Program-made: the position numbers and the translations under genes
IMG/VR virus record: IMGVR_UViG_3300023210_000014
Span: 50,797 to 114,796 of that record
Source: a virus
Taxonomy: Duplodnaviria; Heunggongvirae; Uroviricota; Caudoviricetes
DNA: 64,000 nt
Direction: 5' to 3' (one strand)
Notes under the pieces: generated by a model
Seen by the model: the letters and a program-made list of their open reading frames with translations, nothing else
The model's database searches: none
Told to the model about the DNA's origin: nothing
Shown here: positions 27,707 to 37,267 of the stretch, in pieces
Numbering within the stretch: position 1 is the first letter of the stretch
Layout: every line of letters begins with the position of its first letter

Positions 27707-30165
27707 ATGATGTAAAATATCACAAATTTACCGGCAGCATGCCGATTATTTTTGTAGAGAACTTCAGCGATTTCCCAGCCACTATCGGTGCTCAAGTTGA
27801 AGACTTAGATGAAGGTATGGAATTCGATAACGGTAATTATTGTCGAACAATTGGATTTAAAAAATCCCCCCTGAAATTTATTGTATTTGAAGATGCAATG
27901 ATGAGAACCCTTTTTGGACACAGACGTAATGATGTTGTTGATGCAACCCTTGCAATGTATGTAGCTGAACAGAAATATCCAATGAATGAAAAGCTTGCAT
28001 TAAACCACGCTATAAAATTAGCTGTTGAAAATAATGCTGCCGGTGCATATCAAATGCTTAGTTCAATTTACAATCGTAAGTTCAAATCCGAAAACCCATA
28101 CCACCAGATTGCAATGCAAGAAGGCTTAATGAGTGAAGCCTCTGGTGATGCAGGTGAAGAAGCCAAAAGGAAGAATCTTGTTCATACTGGATATGGATAT
28201 TATGGTCCAAAAGAAAAAGGTGATCCAACCCATAAATCAGTAGATGATGGTAATAAATTGGAACCAATCAGTGCAGAAGATCTACAAGCATACAAAGATC
28301 GTAAAGCTGGTAAAACCCCTTCGAAGGTTCCAGATCAACCTACTCAATCAGCTGCAGCTCCTCCGGCAGAAAAAGAAACTAAGATTTTAGTTAAGAAGGA
28401 TACAGGAGAAAAAGTAACTGATCCCGAAAAGATTAAAGCAATTGTTGGAGGAAACCAACCAGCTGGGGAAGAATCTGAACCTGTTGAAGGTTTCGAACCT
28501 TATGGTGATGCTGAAACTGCATATGTTCCCGGGAAATTAAATGATGGCGATGATGAATTGTCCGATGGTGAGATCAAACAGATTGCATTGGATGGATATT
28601 ATCAGGACGATTTTAAACCGGCTCCTGGTAGTGCCACTTCTATGGTTAATGAAATTTTAAGTGGTGAAGTTCAACACATATTAGAAAATGATCCATCATT
28701 GATAAATGATCCAGATAAAATGGCACAAATATTATTTGAAATAATAGAACATAAAGGTATTTATAACGATATTGCTGGCAGTAAAACTATTTCTAAAAAA
28801 TCTAGAACATGGGGAGAACAATGGCACGGCAAATCTGAATCAGTGGTAAAATTGATGATGTTAACTGCACGCGCTGGAATCGAAAAACAACGTGATGTCC
28901 AACGTGGACTGGCCACTCTTGCTGAACAGAACAAGATGTCCGGGCCGACGAAATTGAGAACGTATTATGGCCATGAAGTTTCAATACAAAAGCAAGTTGA
29001 ATTAATTCAAAGTCTCCCCGGCCCATTCTATACCAATAAGGGTCACGAAATAAATAAAGAGGATCTGATCCATTTTATTAAGGTTTCAGGGGGAGGAGAA
29101 AATCCGAGCGATACTTCCACTATCGTTACTACGGAAGATGGCAAAGCTATGATTACATTCCATTCGGATAAAACCGCAACGAAGGATCCACAAGCAAATA
29201 CTAGAGTTTCTGCTGAATGGGATAGATCCAAACAACACATTGATAATTTAGAAGGGGTTCCAGATAGAGTAAAAACGGCAGGAAAGAAAATATTAACACT
29301 TGGCCAAGCTGCAATTGCTAAGGAAGAAGAAAAATTAAAAAATATTTCCCAGACGATGATTGAAGATTTAAAAGTTGAACAAGATCCAGTTGAGATATCT
29401 AATTTTATGAAAAATTCTAGTGGCGGAAAGGATCCAGCTAAATATTGGAAAAAAGCTGTCGGCAAACCCGGTGGAAAAGTTCATTCAAAAATCCGAAAAT
29501 ACCTACCTGGGGACAGTATTAATGTTAATGATTATACAGACGATGAATTGGCCGCGGCATTTATGGATTTTATTGGTGATCCGGATAAGGAAGGCCCTCC
29601 TACGGGAGATCAACAATCTTTAATTGATAGAACTTTACCCCATTTTGGATATGATATTTCCGCGGCACAAGGAAAGATCCGAGAACGTTCGATTAAAATT
29701 CAACAAGATCTTAGAGTTCACTTAAATAAATTGGGACATAATCTAGGTGATTATATTGAATTAAAAAATATGACTGATGCCTTACATATTGGATTAATTG
29801 ATGGAGAAAATTCAGATCATGGTGTTTCAAAATATCCTGGACTTATGAACTTAAATATGGGCGGAGTTGTTGCGGGAATAGATGAAATCCAGCATTGTTT
29901 AGGTGTAGATTCATTGGCCGATTTCGAATCTAATGTTCAAGTAGATGCTGCCGGCGATTACACTAAAAACAAACAAGGACAAACCACAGGCCAAAATGTT
30001 TTTGTTTATATTATGGTTAAAGGGAAGAAACAAAAAGTAGCAAGAAAAAGTCAAAGGTCTAAAACCGGGCCAGGGGGGAAATTGGACACCATATATTATT
30101 GGAGCGACGATGTTCAAAAGTGTTTTAAAGGCCAACAGGATATAAAAAACAAAGGAAATAAATAA
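27703..30165 (+). CDS. large hypothetical protein (820 aa) with a low-complexity Pro/Glu/Lys-rich linker
   Basis: Globular N-terminal domain, then about 120 aa of KAGKTPSKVPDQPTQSAAAPPAEKE... linker, then a long C-terminal region. No catalytic motifs recognised. Confidence 0.45.
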   Translation: MNDVKYHKFTGSMPIIFVENFSDFPATIGAQVEDLDEGMEFDNGNYCRTIGFKKSPLKFIVFEDAMMRTLFGHRRNDVVDATLAMYVAEQKYPMNEKLALNHAIKLAVENNAAGAYQMLSSIYNRKFKSENPYHQIAMQEGLMSEASGDAGEEAKRKNLVHTGYGYYGPKEKGDPTHKSVDDGNKLEPISAEDLQAYKDRKAGKTPSKVPDQPTQSAAAPPAEKETKILVKKDTGEKVTDPEKIKAIVGGNQPAGEESEPVEGFEPYGDAETAYVPGKLNDGDDELSDGEIKQIALDGYYQDDFKPAPGSATSMVNEILSGEVQHILENDPSLINDPDKMAQILFEIIEHKGIYNDIAGSKTISKKSRTWGEQWHGKSESVVKLMMLTARAGIEKQRDVQRGLATLAEQNKMSGPTKLRTYYGHEVSIQKQVELIQSLPGPFYTNKGHEINKEDLIHFIKVSGGGENPSDTSTIVTTEDGKAMITFHSDKTATKDPQANTRVSAEWDRSKQHIDNLEGVPDRVKTAGKKILTLGQAAIAKEEEKLKNISQTMIEDLKVEQDPVEISNFMKNSSGGKDPAKYWKKAVGKPGGKVHSKIRKYLPGDSINVNDYTDDELAAAFMDFIGDPDKEGPPTGDQQSLIDRTLPHFGYDISAAQGKIRERSIKIQQDLRVHLNKLGHNLGDYIELKNMTDALHIGLIDGENSDHGVSKYPGLMNLNMGGVVAGIDEIQHCLGVDSLADFESNVQVDAAGDYTKNKQGQTTGQNVFVYIMVKGKKQKVARKSQRSKTGPGGKLDTIYYWSDDVQKCFKGQQDIKNKGNK

Positions 30166-31976
30166 TGTCAGCACCAACAAAGCCAAATGTGATTGTATCA
30201 TATGGAGGTCGGTTCCAACCAGTACACATGGGACATAAGGGCGTTTATGACGCCCTAGTTAAAAAGTTTGGCAAAGCAAACGTTTATGTAACCACGTCAA
30301 ATAAGACTGACCCAAAACGTAGTCCTCTTTCATTCCAATGGAAAAGGAAATTGTTAGCGGGAATTGGAATTCCCTCTAAATTCATATTGATGGTCAAAAA
30401 TAATTACCGTATGGATGATCTTCTCAAGGCAACGGGATTCAAACCTGAAAACACCATTTGGATCACAGCTGTTGGAGAAAAAGATGGTCAACGATTGGGT
30501 GGCAAATTTTTCAAACCCTATAAAGAGGGTAAGCCATTAGAGACCTCCGATAAGTTTGGATACGTCTACACCATCCCAAACATCAAAATGGGTGGCAAAG
30601 TAATGAGTGCTACTTCAGTGAGAGATATTCTTAGAAAAGATGGAGACCTGGACAAAGAAGATTACGTGAGCCTTAAGGGCTCAACTGGAATGAATCGTGC
30701 TACTGTAGATCAAATTAGACCTATGTTCGAACATTATGAATCCCTGGGTGAAATGCTAATTGAAGGTGGCCAAGGGGGTCACATGAATCACCTTTATGAT
30801 GACCGCGATCTGAAATTCTCAGAGCTCGAACAGATTTTTGATGCTGTTTTGAAGGGTGAATTAAATCGTGAAGATGTATCTGAAAAGATAGACGGCCAAA
30901 ACCTCTTCGCTTCAATTATTAATGGACACATTCGTTTTGCTAGAAATAAGGGCAACATCAAAAATAAGGGTGCTGCCTCGATGACCATCGACGACATGGT
31001 TAAGAAGTGGAAAGATAAACCTTCAGTTCAAGAAGCATTTGTTGAAAATGGTAAAGCATTAGAGAAAGCATTGCTTCAATTGTCCAAAGAGGACCTTGAA
31101 GAAATTTTTGAGAATGGAAGAAATTGGATCAACATTGAAGTTGTTTGGGCAAAAAATGTCAACGTGATCGATTATGATGGTTCATCCATTGTAATTCACA
31201 ACCTCAACATTGTAAACGATGAGGGTATAAATTCAGGAGTTCCAGATAAACTTCAAAAGAAATTATTTGCCAAGGTGAACAAAATTAAGCAGGGAAGTAT
31301 CCCCGTGAAAACTCCCATCATGCTTACGATCAAAGCCGATAATGATTTTGCTAAAAAGTCAGCTGGATTTAAAAAGAAATTAACTGCATTCCGTCAGAAG
31401 CAAAAGCTTGGAGCAGGTAAAACTATTGGTGACTGGATGGATAAATTCTGGACACGTGAAGTTAAATTGATTGAGAAGAAATATAATCATCCAATTAAAC
31501 CTGCCATTAGAAAGAAATTAGTGAAGCGTTTGAGTGAATTTGATAAGTCTTATAAGCTTTCACAAATCAAAAAAGACGTTGAGTTTTTACCTTTCTATAA
31601 TGACTATAGAACTATGGATAAAGATGTAAATAATATCTATAAGAAAGCAATTGATCCCTTGAAGATTATTACTTTCGAAGTTGGTATTGAGGTTTTGAAG
31701 AATATCGAAACTTTCCTTACAGCTAATCCAGAAAAAACGGTTCAGAAATTGAGAGCAGATATTGCTAAAGAGATCAATGATGTTAAGGCATCAAAGAACC
31801 CAGAGAAGCTAGCAAAAATGGCACCACTCCTTAAACGAATTCAACAACTTGGTGGATTCAAAAATATTGTTCCAACTGAAGGAATCGTTTTCAAATGGAA
31901 TGGTAAGCTATATAAATTTGTTGGCCTATTCGCAGACATTAACCAGATTTTAGGACTGATTAGATATGACAAATAA
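30165..31976 (+). CDS. HxGH nucleotidyltransferase (NMNAT/cytidylyltransferase-like) N-terminal domain fused to a large C-terminal region with ligase-like KxDG motif
   Basis: N-terminal YGGRFQPVHMGH is the class-I-aaRS-like HxGH nucleotidyltransferase signature. Downstream EKIDGQNLF resembles adenylation motif I of ATP-dependent ligases. C-terminal EGIVFKWNGKLYKFVG resembles ligase motifs IV/V, but the spacing is non-canonical. Confidence 0.4.
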   Translation: MSAPTKPNVIVSYGGRFQPVHMGHKGVYDALVKKFGKANVYVTTSNKTDPKRSPLSFQWKRKLLAGIGIPSKFILMVKNNYRMDDLLKATGFKPENTIWITAVGEKDGQRLGGKFFKPYKEGKPLETSDKFGYVYTIPNIKMGGKVMSATSVRDILRKDGDLDKEDYVSLKGSTGMNRATVDQIRPMFEHYESLGEMLIEGGQGGHMNHLYDDRDLKFSELEQIFDAVLKGELNREDVSEKIDGQNLFASIINGHIRFARNKGNIKNKGAASMTIDDMVKKWKDKPSVQEAFVENGKALEKALLQLSKEDLEEIFENGRNWINIEVVWAKNVNVIDYDGSSIVIHNLNIVNDEGINSGVPDKLQKKLFAKVNKIKQGSIPVKTPIMLTIKADNDFAKKSAGFKKKLTAFRQKQKLGAGKTIGDWMDKFWTREVKLIEKKYNHPIKPAIRKKLVKRLSEFDKSYKLSQIKKDVEFLPFYNDYRTMDKDVNNIYKKAIDPLKIITFEVGIEVLKNIETFLTANPEKTVQKLRADIAKEINDVKASKNPEKLAKMAPLLKRIQQLGGFKNIVPTEGIVFKWNGKLYKFVGLFADINQILGLIRYDK

Positions 31977-32436
31977 TGAAATGAAAAAAATTGTTGCTGA
32001 AACCCTTTTGGCACAACTGAATGATCCAGACAGTCAAATTGGAAAACTTATGTTAAGTCGAGAACGAAGAGTTGATAAGTCTGTTACTGAAGACCTCACT
32101 TATTATCTCGAGGAAACTATCGACGTATTAATGGAGCATCTTCATCTTGAAAAGAAAGAAGCTGTTTCAATCATTAGCGAAGAAGACAATAGAATGAGAC
32201 GGATGATCGGTTTGAATGAACGGGTTGAGATTGACCACAATGATTATATTGCTGCCCATGGTAAAAAAGCATCAGGTAAAGGAACTTGGGCATTTGGAAT
32301 AAAACCAAATGTTGACATTAGACGTGACACTGAAGGTAAAGATTATGTTTGGGTTAGCGGATATTTGACAGTATCCAAAGCAGCTGCTATAGCTGCAAAG
32401 GAACTTAAGGTTCAAAGATTGTGGGTGATGTCATAA
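31966..32436 (+). CDS. hypothetical protein (156 aa)
   Basis: ORF. No motifs recognised. Confidence 0.4.
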   Translation: MTNNEMKKIVAETLLAQLNDPDSQIGKLMLSRERRVDKSVTEDLTYYLEETIDVLMEHLHLEKKEAVSIISEEDNRMRRMIGLNERVEIDHNDYIAAHGKKASGKGTWAFGIKPNVDIRRDTEGKDYVWVSGYLTVSKAAAIAAKELKVQRLWVMS

Positions 32437-32816
32437 TGAAAAAATCAGAACTTATTGAATTAATCAGAGAAACAATTTATGGTGAGTTGCCCGAGATTAT
32501 TTCAGAGATCAAAAAGGATATAAGAGAAGAAATGTTGAGTGAGGGAATGGATTTAGGTCCAAACCCTGCAACCGCAAAAGATGGCGAAGCTATTAGAGAA
32601 CACATTCGACAAACTCATGGAATTGCAAATCGTCCAGCTCCGGTTGGAGCTCAACAAATTGTAGATTACAAGGGAGATAAAATCTCTAGTGGAGTTGGCG
32701 TCATGGATTGGTTTAAGGGTCAAGTAACTGAAGGGGCAACAAATCCTAAGAAAGCTTATACTGATGATCAAATGACAAACTTTATGAGTAAGAAATTTGG
32801 AAAGCAGATCAAATAA
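32421..32816 (+). CDS. hypothetical protein (131 aa)
   Basis: ORF. No motifs recognised. Confidence 0.4.
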   Translation: MGDVIMKKSELIELIRETIYGELPEIISEIKKDIREEMLSEGMDLGPNPATAKDGEAIREHIRQTHGIANRPAPVGAQQIVDYKGDKISSGVGVMDWFKGQVTEGATNPKKAYTDDQMTNFMSKKFGKQIK

Positions 32817-33079
32817 TGAAATGGATCCTAGAAGAAACAACTGGGAACTTAATTGAAGCCCCTCACTTCGAGGTCAACGATAAAGTAATCGACTTGGAAT
32901 TTGAGAAGAGTCGAATTAATGGACTCAAACGAATCATCAAAGCGATGCTGAAGCAAAAGGTGACCGACAAATACGGTAACAATTTCCAATTGAAAAATGA
33001 TGCTGAAGTAGCAGAGTTTATGAAAAAGGTAATTAAAAATCCACAAGTGCAAAGGGTTCTCAAGGAATCAAAGAGGTGA
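32816..33079 (+). CDS. hypothetical protein (87 aa)
   Basis: ORF with TAATG coupling. Confidence 0.4.
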   Translation: MKWILEETTGNLIEAPHFEVNDKVIDLEFEKSRINGLKRIIKAMLKQKVTDKYGNNFQLKNDAEVAEFMKKVIKNPQVQRVLKESKR

Positions 33080-33144
33080 ATCTATTGAATGGAATAATTT
33101 TGGTAGTTTTTGTTTTGGCAATTATTGATATGTGGAGATTTATT

Positions 33145-33172
33145 CGGGAACATTAATTTGTTCCCGTTTTTT
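33145..33172 (+). terminator. rho-independent terminator (CGGGAAC-loop-GTTCCCG + T6)
   Basis: 7-bp stem at 33145-33151/33160-33166, then TTTTTT. Confidence 0.6.
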
Positions 33173-33203
33173 GTTTACATTCCCATGTGAATAGTGTATA
33201 ATG
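33171..33203 (+). promoter_or_regulatory. conserved phage promoter copy 4
   Basis: TTTACA at 33174-33179, N17, GTATAATG (TATAAT at 33197-33202). Directly downstream of a terminator. Confidence 0.55.
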
Positions 33204-33223
33204 ATTATATGAAAGGAAGTTAT

Positions 33224-34366
33224 ATGAAAAAAATTAAAATTCTAGTGATCCCCTCGGATCAATTTGGAGTAGGCTATTACCGGTTATTGTGGCCATTCAA
33301 AATGATTCAGAAAAACCATTCTGATGAATTCGATATCACAATAAAATACCATCAAGAAATTACAATTGAAGACACCTTAAGTTATGATATTGTTCACTTT
33401 AATCGATCGTTTCCAAATAAAAATCACGTTGAAATGATAAACGCATTCAAAGCTAATGGATGCAAAGTTGTTATGGATATCGATGATCTTTGGAACCTTC
33501 CTAAGGACCATCCACTTTATGCTTTGGTTAAGAGTCAAAATGCAGATAAGATCACATTCGAATGTCTAAAAGCATCAGAATATATCACAGCTACAACAGA
33601 TCATTTTGCTGATTACCTTCGAACTTTTAAAGATAATGTAATTGTGTTACCTAATTCGATTGATTTTGATCAAACCATGTGGCAAAATAAACGTGAACCC
33701 AGTGACAAACTTAGAATTGGTTGGATTGGGGGTTCATCACATGAAGCAGATTTGAAAAAACTCGCTGGAGTGTTTAATCGTCTTTACAATGATCCGGAAC
33801 TAAAGGATAAATTTGAAATTGTAATGTGTGGATTTGATACACGTGGCACCATAACAACAACCCATCCAACAACTCGTAAAGAAACAACTCGGAAGATTAG
33901 ACCCGAAGAATCAATTTGGGTAAAATTTGAAGAGATCTTTGATGATTATGGCCGTGCACCTGAAGGCGCATACATTCGTAGAAAGACTCTTCCTATTAAT
34001 CGCTATGGTGAACACTACAATTTCATCGATGTGGCATTAGGTCCACTGGTTGAGTCTGAATTCAACGCTTGTAAATCAGAATTGAAAGCTATTGAAGCTG
34101 GAGCAATGGGTTGCGCATTTATTGGATCTGACGTTCCATCATATAATAAATTGATTGAACATGGTGAATCTGGAATTCTCATCCCGGCGAAAAAAGATCA
34201 TAAATTGTGGCACAAGCATATTAAGAAAATGATTTTAGACCGAGAATACACTCAAACATTAGCCGACAATTTACATGAAAAAGTATTCAACTATTTCAAC
34301 CTCAAAACAATCACCGAACAACGAGTTCAATTTTACAAGGAGATTACAGAATGCAAAAACAAATGA
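33224..34366 (+). CDS. glycosyltransferase (GT1/GT4-like fold)
   Basis: Start at the ATG with AAAGGAAG upstream. C-terminal E-x7-E-type region ELKAIEAGAMGCAFIGSDVPSYNKLIEHGESGILI is typical of retaining GT-B glycosyltransferases. Confidence 0.55.
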   Translation: MKKIKILVIPSDQFGVGYYRLLWPFKMIQKNHSDEFDITIKYHQEITIEDTLSYDIVHFNRSFPNKNHVEMINAFKANGCKVVMDIDDLWNLPKDHPLYALVKSQNADKITFECLKASEYITATTDHFADYLRTFKDNVIVLPNSIDFDQTMWQNKREPSDKLRIGWIGGSSHEADLKKLAGVFNRLYNDPELKDKFEIVMCGFDTRGTITTTHPTTRKETTRKIRPEESIWVKFEEIFDDYGRAPEGAYIRRKTLPINRYGEHYNFIDVALGPLVESEFNACKSELKAIEAGAMGCAFIGSDVPSYNKLIEHGESGILIPAKKDHKLWHKHIKKMILDREYTQTLADNLHEKVFNYFNLKTITEQRVQFYKEITECKNK

Positions 34367-34971
34367 GATATGACGACAAGAAGCTTTTAGCCCTATTCGA
34401 AAAGTTTATGGAGATCACTCGACAGATTGATGACCCTCACAATCGAAAAGCAATTGAACGTTTAATGGATGATGTGGGAGAACGCTTCTTTGAGGCACCA
34501 GCATCTGGAAAATTGGAATGGCATAATTGCTTCGCTGGAGGCCTTTGCGCTCATTCAATGAACGTATACCACATTCTCAAGGACCTGTGTGCTAAATTTC
34601 ACAAGGACGTAAATCCAGACGATATCATTATTGCTGCTTTATTCCATGATCTTGGTAAAGCAGGTTATAACGGAACCCCATATTACGTTCCTAAGAATTC
34701 AAAGTGGCATCTGGAGAAGATGGGATTGGTCTATGATATCAATCAAGAACTTAATTGGATGCCACATGCACAAAGATCCGTTCTGGTTTTAAATGAATAT
34801 GAAGTTAATTTGAGCGAAATGGTTACAGTCGGCATACTTATACATGACGGACAATACGTAGAAGCCAACAAATCTTATGCGATGAAAGAAGGGATGTTTC
34901 CTTTATTGGTTTCTATGGCAGATCGCCTTGCAACAGAAATTGAGAAAAACAAATGGGAATCAATACAGTAA
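34351..34971 (+). CDS. HD-domain phosphohydrolase
   Basis: H...HD motif (HSMNVYHIL ... ALFHDLGK) plus a downstream His/Asp (ILIHDGQY). Confidence 0.65.
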   Translation: MQKQMRYDDKKLLALFEKFMEITRQIDDPHNRKAIERLMDDVGERFFEAPASGKLEWHNCFAGGLCAHSMNVYHILKDLCAKFHKDVNPDDIIIAALFHDLGKAGYNGTPYYVPKNSKWHLEKMGLVYDINQELNWMPHAQRSVLVLNEYEVNLSEMVTVGILIHDGQYVEANKSYAMKEGMFPLLVSMADRLATEIEKNKWESIQ

Positions 34972-35582
34972 CTGGTTTAATTTATCTTGTAACTAACAAT
35001 ATTAATGGTAAACAATATATTGGTCAAACAGTTGATTTGAAAGCAAGAAAAGCAAATCATATTTCTCGTTCAAAGAAAGCTAAAATTGGATTTTGTAGAG
35101 CAATTTCTAAATATGGGTCAAACAACTTTAATTGGACAATATTGGAATCTAATATTCTTCGTGAAAAATTAAATGAACGTGAGATCTTTTGGATAAAACA
35201 ATATAAAACATTTAATAATGGTTATAATTTAACATTAGGAGGGAATAGCAATACTACTCCGGATTGTAAATCTTGTTCATTTGGTGATTTAAATTTTGAC
35301 TCTCAAACTTTAGCCGCCAAATATTTCAAGGTAAGTAAATCCCAAATATCATATTGGATAAAAATGGGATATAATCATCCTCCCACTAAAGACGAAATAA
35401 GCTCGAGAATTTCCAAAAATCATGCTGATTTTTCTGGATCTAAAAATGGGAGAGCTAAACCGGTAAGTGTAAATGGAATTGAATATGGCTATATTTCAGA
35501 AGCAGCTAAAGCTTTAAATGTTCAACGAAGTACTATTAGGGCTTGGATTAAAATAAACAAAAACGATGCACAGTGGATATAG
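34953..35582 (+). CDS. GIY-YIG homing endonuclease
   Basis: GLIYLVTNNINGKQYIGQT... N-terminal GIY-YIG module with a conserved Arg and a NUMOD-like C-terminus. Inserted between metabolic genes. Confidence 0.75.
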   Translation: MGINTVTGLIYLVTNNINGKQYIGQTVDLKARKANHISRSKKAKIGFCRAISKYGSNNFNWTILESNILREKLNEREIFWIKQYKTFNNGYNLTLGGNSNTTPDCKSCSFGDLNFDSQTLAAKYFKVSKSQISYWIKMGYNHPPTKDEISSRISKNHADFSGSKNGRAKPVSVNGIEYGYISEAAKALNVQRSTIRAWIKINKNDAQWI

Positions 35583-35638
35583 GGACGGAGCTCCTATAAA
35601 CCCCCTGAAAAAGTGTAGGTTTAGCGGTCAGATTCAAT

Positions 35639-36286
35639 TTGGCCGCTTCCTACGTACTAACATATGACTGGACTAAAATGAACATTAGAGAAGCTAAAAT
35701 AACCCTTGAACATCCTCGCGGATTCACCATGGATCGTCTTGAGAAAAAGTATACAGCAATTGACACACTTCGTCATGGTTGTAAATTAATAGAGGATTTA
35801 GGATACAAATATTGGGTATCCGCTGGAACCTTATTGGGAATTCACAGAGATAATCAATTCATCCCTCATGACACTGACATTGATATTGAAATCTACGTAG
35901 GCCCCAACACAAAAATCAATGTGAGAGAAATTTTGCAGAATATGAAGGCGATAGGTTTTGACCTTATTCGAATTCAAATGCTCGATTCAGCTTATCCAAC
36001 ACAATTAGCATTTATGAATGTGAGCAACAATGTGATTTTTGATGTGTATTGGTATTATGATGATCCATTTTATGATCATCGGATAATCAATCGAACTGTT
36101 GATGGGATTCTTTGGTATCCAAAAGAGAAAATACTCGAGTTGGAAACCTTAACCTTCAAGGATCATGATTTCATCGTACCTGACCCAGATTGGTACTGCG
36201 AGTTCCGATATGGAGTGGATTGGAAAACTCCAGCAAAGGAAAAAGGCGAATGGCAAATGCAAGCAACAAACCTCGAAAGGACATAA
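35639..36286 (+). CDS. LicD-family phosphotransferase (LicD/fukutin-like)
   Basis: YWVSAGTLLGIHRDNQFIPHDTDIDIEI matches the LicD signature (WLDGGTLLGAVR...IPWDDDIDI). The start is uncertain (TTG at 35639 or ATG at 35678). Confidence 0.7.
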   Translation: MAASYVLTYDWTKMNIREAKITLEHPRGFTMDRLEKKYTAIDTLRHGCKLIEDLGYKYWVSAGTLLGIHRDNQFIPHDTDIDIEIYVGPNTKINVREILQNMKAIGFDLIRIQMLDSAYPTQLAFMNVSNNVIFDVYWYYDDPFYDHRIINRTVDGILWYPKEKILELETLTFKDHDFIVPDPDWYCEFRYGVDWKTPAKEKGEWQMQATNLERT

Positions 36287-36287
36287 C

Positions 36288-36830
36288 GTGATTTATATTG
36301 TATCTGGTTATAAACGTAGTGGAACTTCATTAATGATGAAAATATTAGATCACTTGGGTTTAGAATTGGATTATGATGTTAAATTCAGTTGCGACGTAAT
36401 TAAAAATGGAAATTTCAAACAAAAATACGTCTTTGAAATTAAAGAAATCGTTTATGGTCAACCTTTTGAATTAGAAAAATTTGAGGGTAAAGTTATTAAG
36501 GTTTTAGCTAGCGGAGTATTAAGCTCACAGAATAATTCAAAAAACATTAAAATGATTTATATGAGTCGGGATAAGAATGAAATATTAAACTCAATGAGAA
36601 AATACAAGAACGAATCAGATATGAAAAGAGAAAAAAATATTATTTCTAGAATTCCGAAGAATAAAATATTCAAGGTCTTCAATCCTTTGGAGGTTAATTT
36701 TATTGATTTAATCAATGCTCCCAAAGAAATAATAATGGACGTGATTGATTATTTGGATTTAAAACCAACCACTTTACAAATCGAATGTGCCATAAGTGAG
36801 GTTAACCCAGAAATGAATCATTTCTCATGA
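36288..36830 (+). CDS. sulfotransferase-like P-loop protein
   Basis: GTG start after GAAAGGA. SGYKRSGTSLMMKIL resembles the 5'-PSB motif. YMSRDKNEILNSM resembles the 3'-PB motif (RDxxDvxvS). The ORF track's longer version overlaps LicD by 120 nt. Confidence 0.4.
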   Translation: MIYIVSGYKRSGTSLMMKILDHLGLELDYDVKFSCDVIKNGNFKQKYVFEIKEIVYGQPFELEKFEGKVIKVLASGVLSSQNNSKNIKMIYMSRDKNEILNSMRKYKNESDMKREKNIISRIPKNKIFKVFNPLEVNFIDLINAPKEIIMDVIDYLDLKPTTLQIECAISEVNPEMNHFS

Positions 36831-37219
36831 GAAAAGTCTTAACATATGGCACATTTGATTTATTTCATTATGGGCATTTGAATATGTTGCAAACAGCTGC
36901 AGCCTTTGGTGATGAATTGATTGTTGGTATTTCTACCGATGAATTTAATGAAGAGAAAAACAAAAAAGCTATTATACCTTATCGCCAACGTATGCAAATA
37001 GTGTCAAATATTCAGTGTGTTGACAGAGTCTTCCCTGAATGGTCTTGGGAGCAAAAGATTGCTGATCTTGAGAGATTCAAAATTGACACCTTTATAATTG
37101 GGGAGGATTGGAAAGGCAAATTTGATTTTCTTCATCCATATTGCGAGGTAATTTACCTGGCTCGGACTGATGGAATCTCAACTACTGAAATTCGGAATAG
37201 AATTTTGTCAGGTGAATAA
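36827..37219 (+). CDS. cytidylyltransferase (glycerol-3-phosphate cytidylyltransferase TagD-like)
   Basis: LTYGTFDLFHYGHLNMLQ (HxGH) and RTDGISTTEIR (ISTT motif), 130 aa. Classic TagD/CCT family. Confidence 0.8.
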   Translation: MRKVLTYGTFDLFHYGHLNMLQTAAAFGDELIVGISTDEFNEEKNKKAIIPYRQRMQIVSNIQCVDRVFPEWSWEQKIADLERFKIDTFIIGEDWKGKFDFLHPYCEVIYLARTDGISTTEIRNRILSGE

Positions 37220-37251
37220 GGTTTACATTTCTCATTGTTTATGGTATAATG
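37220..37251 (+). promoter_or_regulatory. conserved phage promoter copy 5
   Basis: AAGG-TTTACA (37222-37227) -N17- GGTATAATG (TATAAT 37245-37250). Confidence 0.55.
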
Positions 37252-37267
37252 AGACAAAAGGAGAAAT

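Noticed and set aside
35639-36830. 120-nt overlap between the LicD-like ORF and the ORF-track version of the sulfotransferase-like gene (36165 start)
   Set aside because: The long version lacks a ribosome-binding site. GTG at 36288, right after the LicD stop and 5 nt downstream of GAAAGGA, gives a conventional coupled arrangement, so the shorter gene was adopted.
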